Source of the DNA: Cyanophora paradoxa CCMP329
Lineage: Eukaryota; Plantae; Glaucophyta
Length of the DNA stretch: 64,000 nucleotides
Direction: 5' to 3'
NCBI GenBank assembly: GCA_004431415.1
Contig: QPMI01000416.1
Location: forward strand, 682,001-746,000
Position numbers and translations under genes: made by a program. Every line of letters starts with the position of its first letter. Position 1 is the stretch's first letter. Shown here piece by piece: positions 49,466 through 62,643 of this stretch. The notes beneath the pieces are model-generated. The model was not told the origin of the DNA. It saw only the letters and a program-made list of their open reading frames with translations, and searched no databases.

Positions 49466-51628
49466 TAACATATGGCTGGGGCCTGGGGCCGCACCGCGGC
49501 ACGAAATTATAACCGGTCTCCGTTACTCGCGATCGAGCTCGCGCGCAACGTGAACCACGTATACGTATACGTGCACTGAAGTGACTGAACTGTTAGTAAT
49601 AATAATAATGACATGCACCACGTGCACTAGCTAGCTAGGCTAGCTATATACTAGTGACACTGCGACAGTACTAGTGTCACAGTCACTGAGTGGCAGTGTG
49701 AGTGCCGCACGAAACTATAACCGCCGACGAGTATTAACCGGTCTAAGCTCCTCACAACGTGAACCGAACGTTATATATCTTGGAAGTTGGAACGGGGGCG
49801 CCGGCCGGCTTCGATTCGGAGCCTATCGATATCATAGTACTAGTATATATAGGCTAAAAGCCTACCAGTATAGCGCGCTAGCCTATAGCTATACGTAGGC
49901 GGCCGCCGGCCGGGCTAGTGAAGGGATATCGATCCGGGCCGTTACTGGCCCGTTAGCCGCTGAGCGTTGACGTCAACGTTATACGTTATCGCGAATTGTC
50001 ACTTCGATTCGATAGCGTTCAACAATTGGCGTCATCTGCTCGATTAAAAAAACGATCGACGCGATCGATCGCTCGCGAGGAACCTGACTGTTCGACTCTT
50101 GGTTCAGCTTTTTCATCGTCGACACACCTGTACCCAAATCATCGGCGCAGCCGGTCGGGCTACAGCTGCCGCAGCCGAGCCGCGAGAGCGCTGTACATGT
50201 AGAGCCCATGTCTCGCTCGATCCGGCCTGTAACCGTTCCCCGACCTCCTCTCGCCCCAATCGGTCCGTTCCAAGCGATCGCACGCGGCAGCGCCGGCAGG
50301 CAAGCCGCTGAACGCACGCGCTGCATGCAAGAAGCCTACTTGCGCTCACTGCAGCTGCATTCGTCGCTCGCGCCCCGGCGCGCATGTCCTGGTTCGCCTT
50401 CGCGGCATTCGACCGCCTGCAGGCGGGGCGTAGAGGGAGCGACCGTCGGACAGAGCTCGACGATCGCGAGCTGCTTGTGCACATGCTCCGACGGCCGCCG
50501 GACCGTGCCGTGGGGAGACAGGCCTAGGTGTGCCCGCGCGCGCTCCCTGAGGCTCCGTCCGTATCGCCTCTTCGCCATTCACTCCAGCTCAGATGTTGAC
50601 GCCAGCTATGTTTATGTGGGCTTGTGGAGACGGGAAGCAGGTCGGGGCGCGTGCTGGACTTCACGGATCATTGAGCTCGAGGTGCGCATGATCCGTACGC
50701 GTATGCGTATGCGTCCCGCGCCCCGCGCCGCCCGCGTGCTGAGCTGCTCGCATGTTCGCACTCAGCCTCCTCAATCATTCCGAGCTCTGCACTGGCTCGC
50801 GAGCGGCGCGGCCATGCAAGACGGATCCGTCGTGCGGGGCGTGTCTCGGCTGCAGCCGCCGCGGTGCGCCTCGCCGCGCTTCCCCCGCTTCTCCAAGGTT
50901 CGGCGCCCCTCTAACCTTGCGTTCTCAGACGCGCGACGGCGCGCGAGAGGCGGCGCAGAGAACGCGCAGAGCGTCGACCCGCGGCCGCTCTGTCGACGCG
51001 CCGTCGGGCGGAGGATGACGGGACCTGGCCGATCCGCGCTCGGTCGCTCTTCTCTCTGTACTGGACCCGGGGAAGCGCATACGTGCGCCTCGCACCCGCC
51101 CCGCCGCTTCGCCTCCGCCCCCGCCGCCGCTCACGCCTAGCCGGCCATCCCTCCCGATGCACCCCTGCAGGCGCACGCCGACGCCGGGGGCGCGCGCGGC
51201 TCCTCTCGCACTCGGACTCACCACGCCTCTCGTCTCCGCCGACCGACCTTGGCCCAGGGCCCCGTTGTCTGTTCGCCCGCCGTTCTTATGGCGGCAAACC
51301 CGACGGTACGCCCCGCGCGGGCCGCTCCCGAGCACTTCGCTGGCTGACCCGGACCTTCGCCGTCGAATCAGGTACCCCCCTGCTCCATGGGGCGCCCCGC
51401 GGCCCGCCTTCGCCCCTGCCCCTGCCTCCGCCGCCTCCAGCCGCCGTTGGTCGCCGCGGCCCCGCGCGGAGCGCGACTCGGCCGCTTGCGCCGCGGCGGG
51501 CGATGGTCTCGAGGGGTACCGGTGCGCCTCGAACTGCTTGCCCCCCCCCTTCCCACCCCCCCGGGCCCCTGGCATCCGATCCCTCCTCGCGCAGGTGCGG
51601 CGGCCTAGGGAGGGCGTGGGCCCTGGAC

Positions 51629-52950
51629 CGGTCATGCTGAAGAAGCTGCTGGAGTCGCCGCAAGTGGCGGACGCGGACTTCAAGGAGTCAGCGAAGAAGG
51701 ACGACGAGGACAGCGAGTACGACGAGGATCCGGAGGACGAGGACTTCTCTGACGGGATCTAGTTCGAATTCTGAAGCCTTTTAAATGTGTAATGATTAGG
51801 AATCATATGCATGTCGATGCATATGCCATGATGTCGCAAACGAGATCGATACGTATAACAGGGCGTGATTACTTTGTCGTCTTTTGATATAACTATAGCT
51901 ACCGTAGAACCCAACCGCGATCGTGCCACTGGGCCAGCAGCTGCAGCTGCACGCATGTGGAAGCCCAGTGCTCGCGCATGCGCAAGCTTGCCATTGCTCG
52001 GGCATGCGCATGCACAATAGATCTCTTGCATTATAATTCAATGATTAAAATGCGCACACAACACAAATACAATCATCATTGAATGAGTTTCACAGCGCTC
52101 GGGCAGTAATAGTACGACGTCGACGGTGGGTGATCATGATGCCTGCGCATGCTCGCAATTTGTTTGAACGTCGATAATATTGCACCGTGGCACTTCAGCT
52201 TTGGAACGAGCCGCCCCGCCCGACGGCCACCCGCCCCGTCGCGCGAGGGGTGCCGCTTTCCCCCCCGTCCCCCTCTCCCTCCTCCCCACCCCCTCCACCA
52301 CCGGGCCCGGGGCCCCCACGGACCCGGCCCACCTTTCCGGGCGAGCCGCACCGCCGCCAGCCCCACCCCCTGCCACGCCAGGCCCTGAGGCCGACCAGCC
52401 GCGCCGCCGCCGATCCGATGATCGATATCGGTGGCCGACCAGCTCCGAATTCTCGCCTCCGGCGGGCTATATATAGAGGCCTGGGGCTGCCCAACCTTGC
52501 TCGCCCGCGCCAGCGCCCGGCCGGCGCCGGCGAATTCGAAGCCGGGCGCGACAGCTCAGCTGGGCACGCCGGGCCCACCTGGGAAGGGGAGGCCTGGCCC
52601 AGTGGGGCTGCCCAAGCTGGCTCGCCCGCGCCGGCGCCGGCGAATATATATTAATTCGAAGCCAGGCGAACCCGCAAATTAAACGCCAGCTTCGAATTCG
52701 AATTCATCGATGAAGCCGGCTTGCACCTTTAAGACGCCTGGGCGGTGTGTGCCTTTGGCAAGCTATAGCTAGCCAGTAGGAGTCTGCAGCTGAAATTTCA
52801 AGCTTCGAATTCAGTCTACCGAATACATAGATCTAGACGAGGGATTGTCAAAAACAACCCGCGGCTGCAGCGCTAGCTGGCCGACTTGGACAAAAGGACA
52901 GATCTAGATCATGACCATGGGATCTAGAAAATCCGACGAGTAGCAAGGGG
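51629..52950 (+). repeat. Copy 2 of the ~1.3-kb duplication, fused to different upstream sequence
   Basis: The same terminal exon (MLKKLLESPQVADADFKE...SDGI*) follows VRRPREGVGPGP here instead of RRSEA. Confidence 0.9.
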
Positions 52951-52975
52951 GAAAAGCAGCTGACCCCCCTTGCAA
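52943..52975 (-). mobile_element. 5' terminus of a second Helentron-like element, facing left
   Basis: The minus strand reads TTGCAAGGGGGGtcagctgcttttCCCCCTTGC. It has the same first 12 nt and the same fold-back as the terminus at 25036. Confidence 0.6.
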
Positions 52976-53370
52976 GTAGGAGATCGCCGCGGCGCTGCAA
53001 TATTAATATTCGCAACGTTATAATAAACGTAAACTATATATAACCTATAGCGCAAATATAAATATGTAAACGTGACGTTAACAGACGAAATCTACGTATA
53101 TGATATCGATATTCAGCCTATATATATAGCTAGCTATAGAAAATCTAGCTATAGAGCTATCAGCCGGGGCCAGGCAACGGACGTCATGATCGAATATCAG
53201 CGATTGTGCGTGTGCCTGTGCATGCAATCTCGAGAGCTCGAGCGTCACAAAGCAGCAGCCCGGCCTACAGCCCAGGCTTCGAGCTGATCTCTGCTCTCCG
53301 TGCCCTGCGCGCTGCGCATGCACGAGGTCTAGAATCAGCAAACTGCAATTCGAATTCGAAGAAGCAATAT

Positions 53371-56300
53371 TTAAAATTCTGGTCGACCGCACCAATCCCA
53401 CGTGCGCATCCTCACCTCACCCTCCCCGCCCGCGAGCCCCCCGCCCCCGCCCCCGCCCTCGCCCCTTCCCTCGCCCTCGCCCTCCTCGTCCTCTGCCTCG
53501 ACCTCCTCCCGATCGCTCCGTGTCCTCGCCGGCTTCCTCGTCGCTCCACTCGACCTGCATGCGCCCCCGCAGCGGTTTTCGCGGAACGTCGTCGTCGACG
53601 CCGGCATCGGATGTCGCGATCGACGAGGCGTCCGAATTGGCCTCGTCTGAATCGACGTCCTGCTCGTGCCCAGCGGCCCAGCGGCCGGCCCATCGAAATC
53701 AGATCAATTGCAGGGTCTAATGTCTCAAAGCGCATATGCATCCTAATTAGCTAACGTGAACCGCCAATTAATATTGCAAGCAGTGTAGACGATTCCCGCA
53801 CCTTATAATTATGATCATCGCACTCGTCCTCGTCCTCGTAAACGTCGCCGATCTCGTCGCTGAACATGCGCACGAGGAACGGCCCGCAGGGACCATTCAG
53901 GATGCCGGCGCTGTCGCCATCGGCGAAATTCTTCTTGGAGACGGCGACGGGCTCCAGGCCGCGCTCCGCGCGCAGGTTCGCAAGAAGGGTGGCCGCATCA
54001 AAGAGCGCAGGCTTGGGGTTGTAGAGGACGAGCCGCCGCAGCGAGGGCAGTGCGAAGGCAGCCTTCAGGAGCCGCGTCGCGCCGGCCCGCTTGTACCTGC
54101 CGATGTCCAAGCGATTGAGAGGATTATAATTTACAAGAGCAGCCCGCACACCGTGTAAGGCGGTCGAACTTCAAACAGAGCTCGCGAATCGACGTCAGGC
54201 CGCCTGGGGCGGACAGATTGTCGCAATTGAGAAGGTAGCAATCGCGAGGGCGACCGCGAGCCGGGGCGGGACATGCACACGCGCACGCGCACCGGCAATT
54301 GCAAGCCATGGAAGGTCGGCAGGTTCCAGGTCAAAGAGCGTCACCGTGCCGAGTGCGAGGGTCCTGCGCGTATGCATGCGACGTGGCGTCAGTTTGAAAG
54401 TAGGCGAAGAAGGACGCGGCAGCTGCAGAGGCTCGAATTGAAGGCCGCATGCGCACTCGACGAAGCACGAGGGGCCGAGCGTACCGCCGAGGTGGTGGAG
54501 GCCGAAGCAGGCATTGAGGACGAGGACGCGGGGCTTGACGCGCTGCAGGCAGGCGCGCAGCTGCTCCGCCTCCTCGAGCTCGTTGAAGTCCATTTCGATG
54601 ACCACCAGCTTGTCGACGGCGACGGCCGTGGCCGCGGCCGCGGGGGACGCGGATGGATCGCCCTCGGGCGTCAGGGCCGCCAGAAGCTGCGTCACGCCCT
54701 CCGGTCCATATGCGACGGCGCTCCGAAGCCACCGCAGCCGCGGGAACTGCGATGACAGGGGGCATGGATCAGTTTCGAGAGCATGGGTGCAGCAGAATAG
54801 GGCGGACCGCCTGGCGGAAGCCGGGGTGGCTTTTCGTGCCGAAGTGGGCGCGCGCATCCAGCCTGCGTGGGTTGTTGCAATCAACATCGGTCCCAAGCGA
54901 GAGTCACTGAGTACAGGAAACGGGGCGGAGAGATCGCACCGCTCGACCATGCTGCATGGCCCGCCGAGGGAGATGATGGCGGGGAGGCAGCCGGCGCGCT
55001 GTTGGGGCAGCCAGAGCTCCTGCAGGCCGGGGAACCGCTCCGAAACGCGAAGGATGCCGGCTGCAAGGTTTATGTGCAGGCACAGGTCAGACCCGTAAGT
55101 TAAGCTCGAGGAGACGGCTGCAGCTGCAGGCGGTGCCGAGGCCATTGCACCTGCCAGAGGGAACGTGTACGAGGTGGTGTTGCACAGGCGGCCGCGGCGG
55201 GTGAATTCGTTGAAGGACGACGTGCTGGCCGGGAACCAAGGCAGCTGCTCGGGAACCGGCCGGATGTACCCATACTCGCGCGGTTGGCCCTTTGAGGAAT
55301 TCCGCCATTCCGGACACTCCAAAAGGTCGGTTACACGAGTCTAAGCACGCCTGAGCAGAGGCGGCGCATTCGAGGGACGGTTGTGCATGCGCACCTTGAA
55401 AAAGCGGATGCTGAGGAAGCGGACGCTGCTGAGAGGCGGCGGGGCCACACCCGTCCTGCCGGCCCTCCTTGAGCTCGCGCAGCCGTCCTCGAACGCGTGA
55501 ATGACCTCCAAGGAGAAGTCGCTGCTGTAGTCCGGAAAGAGAACGTCCAGATCCAGGTGCGTGAGGGATCGGAATCGTGGCAGTGTCGCGAGCGCGTGGA
55601 AGGTCCACGGCAGCTGGAATACGTGCGCTCTGTGCTGGGCGGTCAAGAGGCTAGGGCGAGACCGCACACGAGGGCGGGCCGGGCGCACTGCAGGTCAAAG
55701 GTCGACCAGAGGCTGGGGTCCGAGGCGAGGCGGTGCCAGCGGCGGGAGACGCGCATTGCAGCGCAGAGGACCTGGTGCGCTTGCAAGAGGGCCTCTTCCC
55801 TCCTGCCCCGCTGCGCGCCCCGCGAATTCGAACTGAGCTTAAGTAACAGCGGCTAGCGCTGTCACGAGCAGCGCTATGGAAACTCGCAGACCTCCACGAT
55901 GAGCTTGAAGACGTGCAGGAGAACATCGTCCGGGAGCGGGGCGGGGCCCGGCTCCTCGTCGCCGCCCCTCACCACCGCCACGAAGACGCCGGTCCGCTGC
56001 TGCAGGCAGTCCCGCCGCGCGAGCCTCGCCGCCAGGATCGCCTCTTGAAGCTTCGCCCGCTCGCCTCTCGGCTCTGCGACGTCATCCGTCTGCACCGCCA
56101 CGCTCTGCGGGGCGCTGCGCATGCGCATGCGGTCAGCGTCGGGATCAGGAAGACGCGTACGTATATATATACGTCGCGGCCACGCTCCGAGCCTCGGAGC
56201 CAGGCCAGGATGCGCGCCGGCGCGCGCGACACGCACCAGGGATCTAGAGCGGCGGGGATCTGGTGCTCCAGATACACAGGATACGGATACGTGTACTTCG

Positions 56301-57256
56301 TCGCCGGGAGGGCCCGCTCGGCGGCCAGCTCCTGTTGCGCGCGCTGAAGAGCGGCGCGCAGCTCCGAGATCTCATCCGCGTCCTCCTCCTGCTCCTCGCG
56401 CTGCGGATCCTCGCCAGCGGCCGGCATTGATTCCTCGAATTCGAACTCGCTGCGGCCGCGCTTCCTTCCGCTGAAAAGCCGCCCCGCGAAGAGGATCCGC
56501 CGGAACAGCGCAGCCCCGAGACGCGAGAGAAGGTTCCGGATCTCGCTTCCGCCGGCGGCAGCTTCCCTAGGCCTGCGGAGAGGGCGACGGCCGCGTCACG
56601 GGCGCGCGAGCCGGGCGGCGACCGGTCAGCGCGCGGGCGTGCGCGGGCTAAGCGGTTCGAGTCGGCGGCTTGAATGCGCACTCGATCTCCAGAACATCTG
56701 CCTGGAAGGCCGCAACTCGCGTCGATGTCTGGCCCCCTCGAGCTCGTCTGGCGCGCGCGGCGCGCGGTGCACGTGATTTTGACCGGTCAGCGCGCGCGGT
56801 TCGATTCGGCGGCTCAAATGCGCACTCGATCTCCTGTCCATCTGCCTGGACGGCCGCTACTTGCGTCGACATCTGGCCCCCCAAAGCAGCTCCGTCGCGG
56901 CCGCTGCGCGCGCGCGCATCGCGATCGACCTGTCAAATTGAAGTGACGACCTTGCGCGAAGGGCGCGCCGCGACGTACGAGAGGCTGTCGAATAGCCCAT
57001 CCGGCTTTGTACATGTTGGAGTGGCCGCGCTGCAGCTGGCCACGGGCGGCAGCCGCAGCTCTTGCAATTGCCGGCTGAATCGGAATTTGAAGAAATAGCT
57101 CGACCGGCGCTCCTCGGACGGCTTCTGCCGGTCCTGCTGCCCAAGTGCGCGCCTTTGAGCTTGAGCTTGAGCTGTCATCATGCAAGCAGGACGTCTATAG
57201 CGAGGCTGCGGCGGGCGCTCCACGCGGAACGCCACCGATTGACCGCTGCTGTCCAT
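53371..57256 (-). CDS. F-box protein with an LRR-like C-terminal region, multi-exon; ends uncertain
   Basis: F-box split across exons (LPDDVLLHVFKLIVE | ...CAAMRVSRRWHRLASDPSLWSTFDL). LRR-like segments LPRFRSLTHLDLD, FPGLQELWL and LPSLRRLVL. Confidence 0.65.
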
Positions 57257-57513
57257 GGGCGGCGCGCGAACGATGGGCTGTGTCTGATGACTACTCTGTC
57301 GCTGGGCGGTCCGAGCCGCGATGACTACTCTGCTGATCAATGCTCTACGCTGCTCTAACTGTACCCCCACCAAGCCGAGCCGGAGCAAGCCCAAGGCGAG
57401 CAGCGCTCCGCACGGAAAGCTGGGCGCGCTGCAAGCTGGCAATTTCGCGCGCACCTGACTGGCCGATTGCCGCCGAGTGGGCTCCCGCGGTTTCCGCGGC
57501 GAACGAAGCGAAG

Positions 57514-59388
57514 ATGCTCGCAGAGGTCGGCATGGTCTTCGGGCAGGTGCGCGAGCCCCACGCGTGCGTCACCGCGAGCATATTTCAAATTGGCGCTTGA
57601 TCGCAGATCGTCGGGTACATCCCGCAGTACAAGACGATCAAGGTACGGCTGCTCTCGTCGGCATTGCCCTCGGGCGCGCCGGTCGCTGCGTAGCAGCCGT
57701 CAGCGACCGGTCGTTGCGGCGTGTCGGTCGCCGCCGTGCTGCCGCCTGCAGCCAACTCGCGGCGGCTGGGCTGCGCAGGACACGAAAAATACCGGCGGCT
57801 TCTCGCTCTTCGTTTCCTTTGTACTGGTCATAGCTAACATATGTCGACTGTTTTTCTGGTACGGCGCGCATTTCTTTCGTTTCTTCGTCGCAGGGCTCAG
57901 CGCCACCCGCCGCCCGCCGCAGGTACGGCAAGCGCTTCGAGATGACGCTGGTGTACCAGTCGATCGTGATGATCATCATGCAACTTGCGCTCGTGGAGCT
58001 CGTAGTGCGCTGCAGGCGCGCCCGCGGGCCAGCGGCCGAGAAGGCGGTGATCTGGGGTCCGCCGCCCGAACCCGCCCTTCCCTCGCGCCCCTCCACGCCG
58101 CGCTTCCTCACGCCCTCTACGCAGACATGAAGTTCTCCAACTTCTGGGCGTGGGACGGTGCGCTGGGCGCCGCGCCCGCTTCGCACCAGACCACACCTCG
58201 AACGCCCCGCCTCGCCCCCGCGCAGACTTTACGTCCTACGTCGCCTTCCTCGTCTTCGTCGTTATGATCCTCGCTCTTCTCTCCGCCATCTTCATCTCCT
58301 TCGAGTGGTTCTACGAGGGTCGGCGCCCGCCCTGTACCCCCCTTCGCACCTTTCCCGCCCCCGCCCCTGCTCAGCGTCCCTTCCTCCTTCCCGCGAGCGC
58401 AGGCCTCGGATTCATCGCACTAGGCACGGAGTCAATGCTCGGTCCGCCCCTCTCTCCCTTTGCCTCTCCTCCCCATTCCTTTCTCGTACCCCAGTCCGAC
58501 TCCGTCCCCCCGGGTAGCCCTGCCCCAGTTCCTTCGAAACTACCGGAACAAGAGCACGGCGGGCCTCAGGTGGGCCCCCCCGCACCCCGTCCCACGCGCC
58601 CGCTTCCCGTTCCGACCCGCTGTACCCCTCCCCTTCCCCTCCCCTCCTTCTTTCCCCCCTTCCCTCCCTCCCCCCTTAGCTCCTTCCTCATTTTCTCGTG
58701 GCTCTTTGGGGACTTCTGCAAGCTGGTGTACTTCTTCGTGCTTAGCGCGGGCCCCGTACCCCCCCAGTTCCCCCTCTTCGCCCTCCTGGGCTCGGCTCTG
58801 GACGGGGCCCTCGTCTGGCAGACCCTCCGCCTCCAGAAGCCCCTCGTGATCTCCATCGAGGGCCTAGAGAGCGACGCCGTACCCGGCATCCGCGTCGGCA
58901 CCCCCCTCCCGGCCATCCCCCGATCCCAATCCCTCAAGCTCCTCTCCCTCCCCGGGCGGAACACGCCGTAGCCCCCGGCCGCCGCCGCCGCCGCCGCCGC
59001 CTCCGTGCGGGCCGCCGCGGGTGACGGTCCGTCCGCCCCGCGCCCCGCAGCATTTCCCTCGTCATGGCCTGGTTCATCGGCGACTGGTACCCCCTCGCCC
59101 GCCCCGCCCTCTCCGCGCTGCACTACCCCCCGCCGACTCCTTCCCCCGTACAGCTTCAAGACGCTGTACTTCCTTTTGCGGGAGTCCCCCGGGCAGTTCG
59201 TCGTCTGCGGCATCGTCCAGCTGTTCCTGGACTTCGCGGTGCGCCGGGGGTAGGGGTACACGTGCCCTCGTTCGTCCCGCGTACCCTGACCGGATCTGCC
59301 GGGGGTACAGGTGTTCTACCAGATATTCACGTACGGCGCCCGCAAGCCCGTGCTGCCCTCGGCAGCCTCTGGTACCCGCAAGAACTGA
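57514..59388 (+). CDS. SLC66A2: PQ-loop repeat membrane protein (PQLC1/SLC66A2/Any1-like), multi-exon
   Basis: MVFGQ|IVGYIPQY, GGFSLFVSFVLVIANICRLFFW|YGKRFE..L.YQS, NFWAWD|DF, GFIALGTESMLG|LPQFLRNYRNKSTAGL|S..MAWFIGDCFKTLYF...PGQFVVCGIVQLFLD|VFYQ. Confidence 0.88.
58680..58971 (+). CDS. Alternative intronless terminal exon of the PQ-loop gene (paralogous TM6-TM7 plus a longer tail)
   Basis: Polypyrimidine tract and TAG acceptor in the correct phase. SFLIFSWLFGDFCKLVYFF...PPQFPLFALLGSALDGALVWQ aligns with the downstream exons. Confidence 0.7.
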
Positions 59389-59688
59389 GTGGAGGGAGGG
59401 CCCCGCCCAAGCGGCTGGGGATCTTTGGAACGAATGGAATCGAATTCGGCTGGAGACGCACGAGCGGGGGCGCTGGGCTCCTGGGGGCGCAGTGGGCATG
59501 CAGCCGACTGCAGGGCGCGCGCGCACAACCCTAGGCCTGGCCTTTAGGGCACTTCGGTGGGCGGCGGGCGGCGGGCCCCCGGCGGGTGCGCACGCGGCTT
59601 CGGCGGGCCGCCGGCGCGGGCGCCCACGCCACACGTGCCGGCGCCGGCCGCGCGCTGCGCTAGATCCCGGACCGGGGCGAATCTATAG

Positions 59689-61986
59689 CTAGTACTTGGG
59701 GAAGGCGGGATCGACGTCGTCCGCCCAGGCCGCCACGCCGCCGTCCAGGGAGAATAGGGACCCGCGGGGGGCGAGCCCCCGCTCCAGCAGCCGCGCCGCC
59801 GCCCGCTGCGAGTCGTTGCCCCTCCTGCACACCACGTACACTGCCCCGGGCCCCGCGACGTCACCGAGTCAGCGCGTGACTCGGCGCCCTCGCTAAGAAC
59901 CCCGGATCGAGTCACCGGGGAGGTTGTTTTGGGCGAGGAGGGACCGCAGGGTCTCCTCGTGCCCGCCCTTCTGCATCTCCGCCCAGGGAACATCTGGAAG
60001 GGGGGTACAGGTCGCTCAGTAGGGCGAAGCGCCGGGGGGGGGGATGGAAGGACGGGTACGCACTGACGGCCCCCGGGAGGGAGCAGATGGCAAACTGCAG
60101 GGGGGGCCGAACGTCGAGGAGCACGTGCCGTACCCCCGCGTCCACGACCTGCGGCGCACGTGAGAGGGAGGGCGAGCCGCCCGGCGCCGAGTCCCCGCTC
60201 GCCTCGGCCTTGTAGCCGGCGCAGGGGATGCGCATGGAAGCGTCCAGCAAATTGATCGCGGGGACCGGGGCGGCCTGCTCCCCGGGTCAAGCCGAGCAGC
60301 CACGCGCTCGAGCTCGAAGAGCGCGGCTCCGGCGCACGGAGCCGGGGCACTGGCCGCCGCCGGCGAACGCTGCGTAGTCGAAGGCGGCAGGGTCCCGGAC
60401 GCTCGGGCACTCGCCGCAGGCTGCGCAGGAGGGGTCCCGGGGGCGCAGCTTGACGGTCCTGCGGGGCAGGTCGCCGGGGCGGGGGAGGAGCGGAGAAAGA
60501 GGGGGGGGGGAAGGGGAGGGGGTACCGGAACTTGCACTCGGCGGCGTCGAAGAGGAGGAGGCGGCCGGCCATGGTCCCTGCCGCGCGGGAAGCGAGCCGT
60601 TCAGGGCAGCCGGGATCGATTGCGGGCCGGGATCGCGAGCACCCTCGCTCCCCATAGCGATCTTGATCGCCTCCAGGGCCTCAAGGCACCCGATCACGCC
60701 CGGGACTGCGCGGCGTCGGCCGGGGGTACGGGCGCAGACGCGGGAGGGGGGTACCGACGCCCAGGACGCCGCCGTCGGAGCAGCGCTGTCGGCGGGGCCG
60801 GGGCGTGAGCGGCGGGCCCAACCTCTCGGCCAGCGGGAGTGGGGGGGGGGAAGGGGGAGGGGGTACGGGCTGCTCGCCTGGACGAGGTTGGCGGGGGGCG
60901 GCGTCGGGAAGAGGCAGCGGTAGCATGGGCCCCCGTTGTGGTTGTAGACAGTCAGCTGCGGGGTACGGATGTCGCGGATCCGAGGGGGAGGGAGTGCGGG
61001 GAGGGGGGTACGCGTACCTGGCCCTCCATCTGCAGGGCGCTGCCGGAGACGAGCGGCTTCCCCGCGATGACGCAGGCGTCGTTTATGAGGTATCTGAAGC
61101 GCGGGGCGTCGGGCGCGCGGATTCGGACTGCCGGCGCGCGCGGCCGCGGCGGCGGGCTGCGCGGGCGGACCGAGTAGAGGGGTTGTCGCTGCCGTCGACG
61201 ATCACGTCGAATGTAGCGCGGGCCGGTCAAGAATGGAAGCGCTGAGTAAGGGGCGGGGCGGGACGCGAGGGGAAAGCAGCCCCAAGCTTAAGCCCGAAGC
61301 TCAAGGATATTGGGAGACGATGCGCAGGGCGTTCTCCTGCGTGAGTCCCTCCCCGAACGTGTAGCACTCGACGTCAGAGTTGAACCTGCGGCGCCGCGCG
61401 CTCGGCGGCGGCGGACTCGCCGGTGCTCGCGCGCGGGCGCGGGCACCGAGAGACCGCGATCCGCGCGGACTCGGTCTTGGGCATTCCCACGCGGTCCTCC
61501 GTGTGGATAATCTGCCTGTGCATGTTGTTGAGCTCAACTATGTCGAAGTCCACAATGCCCAGGCGCCCTACGGCGGGCGTGAGCAGCGGTGGCGCCGGCG
61601 CGGCTGTGGAATCGAGGGACGTGCCCACGCCGGCGCCGGCGAGGTACATGAGCGCGGGAGAGCCGAGACCGCCCGCCCCGATAACAAGCACGGACGCGCT
61701 CGCCAGCTTTAGCTGGCCTGGGCGCGAGCATACGCGGCGGGTCAAGGCGGAAGGGGCGCGCGACGGGAACAACCGAACCTTGCACGCCCACGTCCGGCAT
61801 AAGGAGCTGCCGGCTGTATCGCTGCACTTGCCGAGCGCTCAGCCGATCGACGCGCGGCAGGGGCGGGATCGAGGTTGGCGCCGACGGCCCGGGCTCTGCA
61901 GGGGCCTGGCGCGCCGCATGCTTCACCGCGGATAGTTCACGCTCCAGCTCGGCGACGCGGCGGCGCAGCTGCTCCAGCTCAGACAT
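59689..61986 (-). CDS. MOCS3: Adenylyltransferase/sulfurtransferase MOCS3/UBA4 (ThiF/MoeB plus rhodanese), multi-exon
   Basis: [121 protein letters not shown]. Confidence 0.95.
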
Positions 61987-62643
61987 AGCTGCTCACTCGA
62001 CTGAGCCTCTGTACGCCCCAATTTGATCTAACCCCCACGACTGGGCCAAGCTTAGCTGGTGCGCACGGTGCATCCGGCCTGTCGGGCACTCGAAAGATTT
62101 GAGCGATCATCCAACTAACACTGCACTCCCGATGCCATCGCCTGCCCCCTTTGTCCGATGCTCAAATGTTTCGAAGGCAGCGGGCGGAAACGTGGAGGCC
62201 TCCAGGTCAGCGGCCGGAGAAGGAAAAGAAGGTTGGAGGAGCGAGCAGGAGGCGGACGATGAGAATGCTGTGAGCCATTCTTACAAGAGAATCGGGGACA
62301 AGGGGGTTGGGAAGAAAGGCCGTGGCACAGCCGACGGAACAACGCGATCGGAAGGGGTGGGAGGGAACGAATGGAAGGCAAGTTGACGTGGAGACTCTAA
62401 CGAGAGCGGGAGAAGACCAAGAGGCAGGAAGCGGAGGAGTAGGCGGTGGTAGCCAGTGGCAGGGGTTCGCACAGTCAAAGCCTACGGTATCTACGCGGAT
62501 GACAAGCTCCGGCTGCAGAAAGAGCCAGTCCGCGCCAAAGAAAGGCTGGACGAGACGTAGCACCCGCCGCGCGCCGGAGTTGGGCCGGGCTGCACCGCGG
62601 CCCACACGCTGCACGGTCCTCGGCAGCCGCTGGCCACAAGCTT

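Noticed and set aside
49555-49900. Cluster of short palindromes as an origin or element end
   Set aside because: Similar palindromic low-complexity text is common in all intergenic DNA here, and there is no match to the Helentron 3' end.
62100-62640. Purine-rich stretch as a gene or ncRNA
   Set aside because: No recognisable motifs. It fits a pyrimidine-rich 3' UTR of SNRPE on the minus strand.
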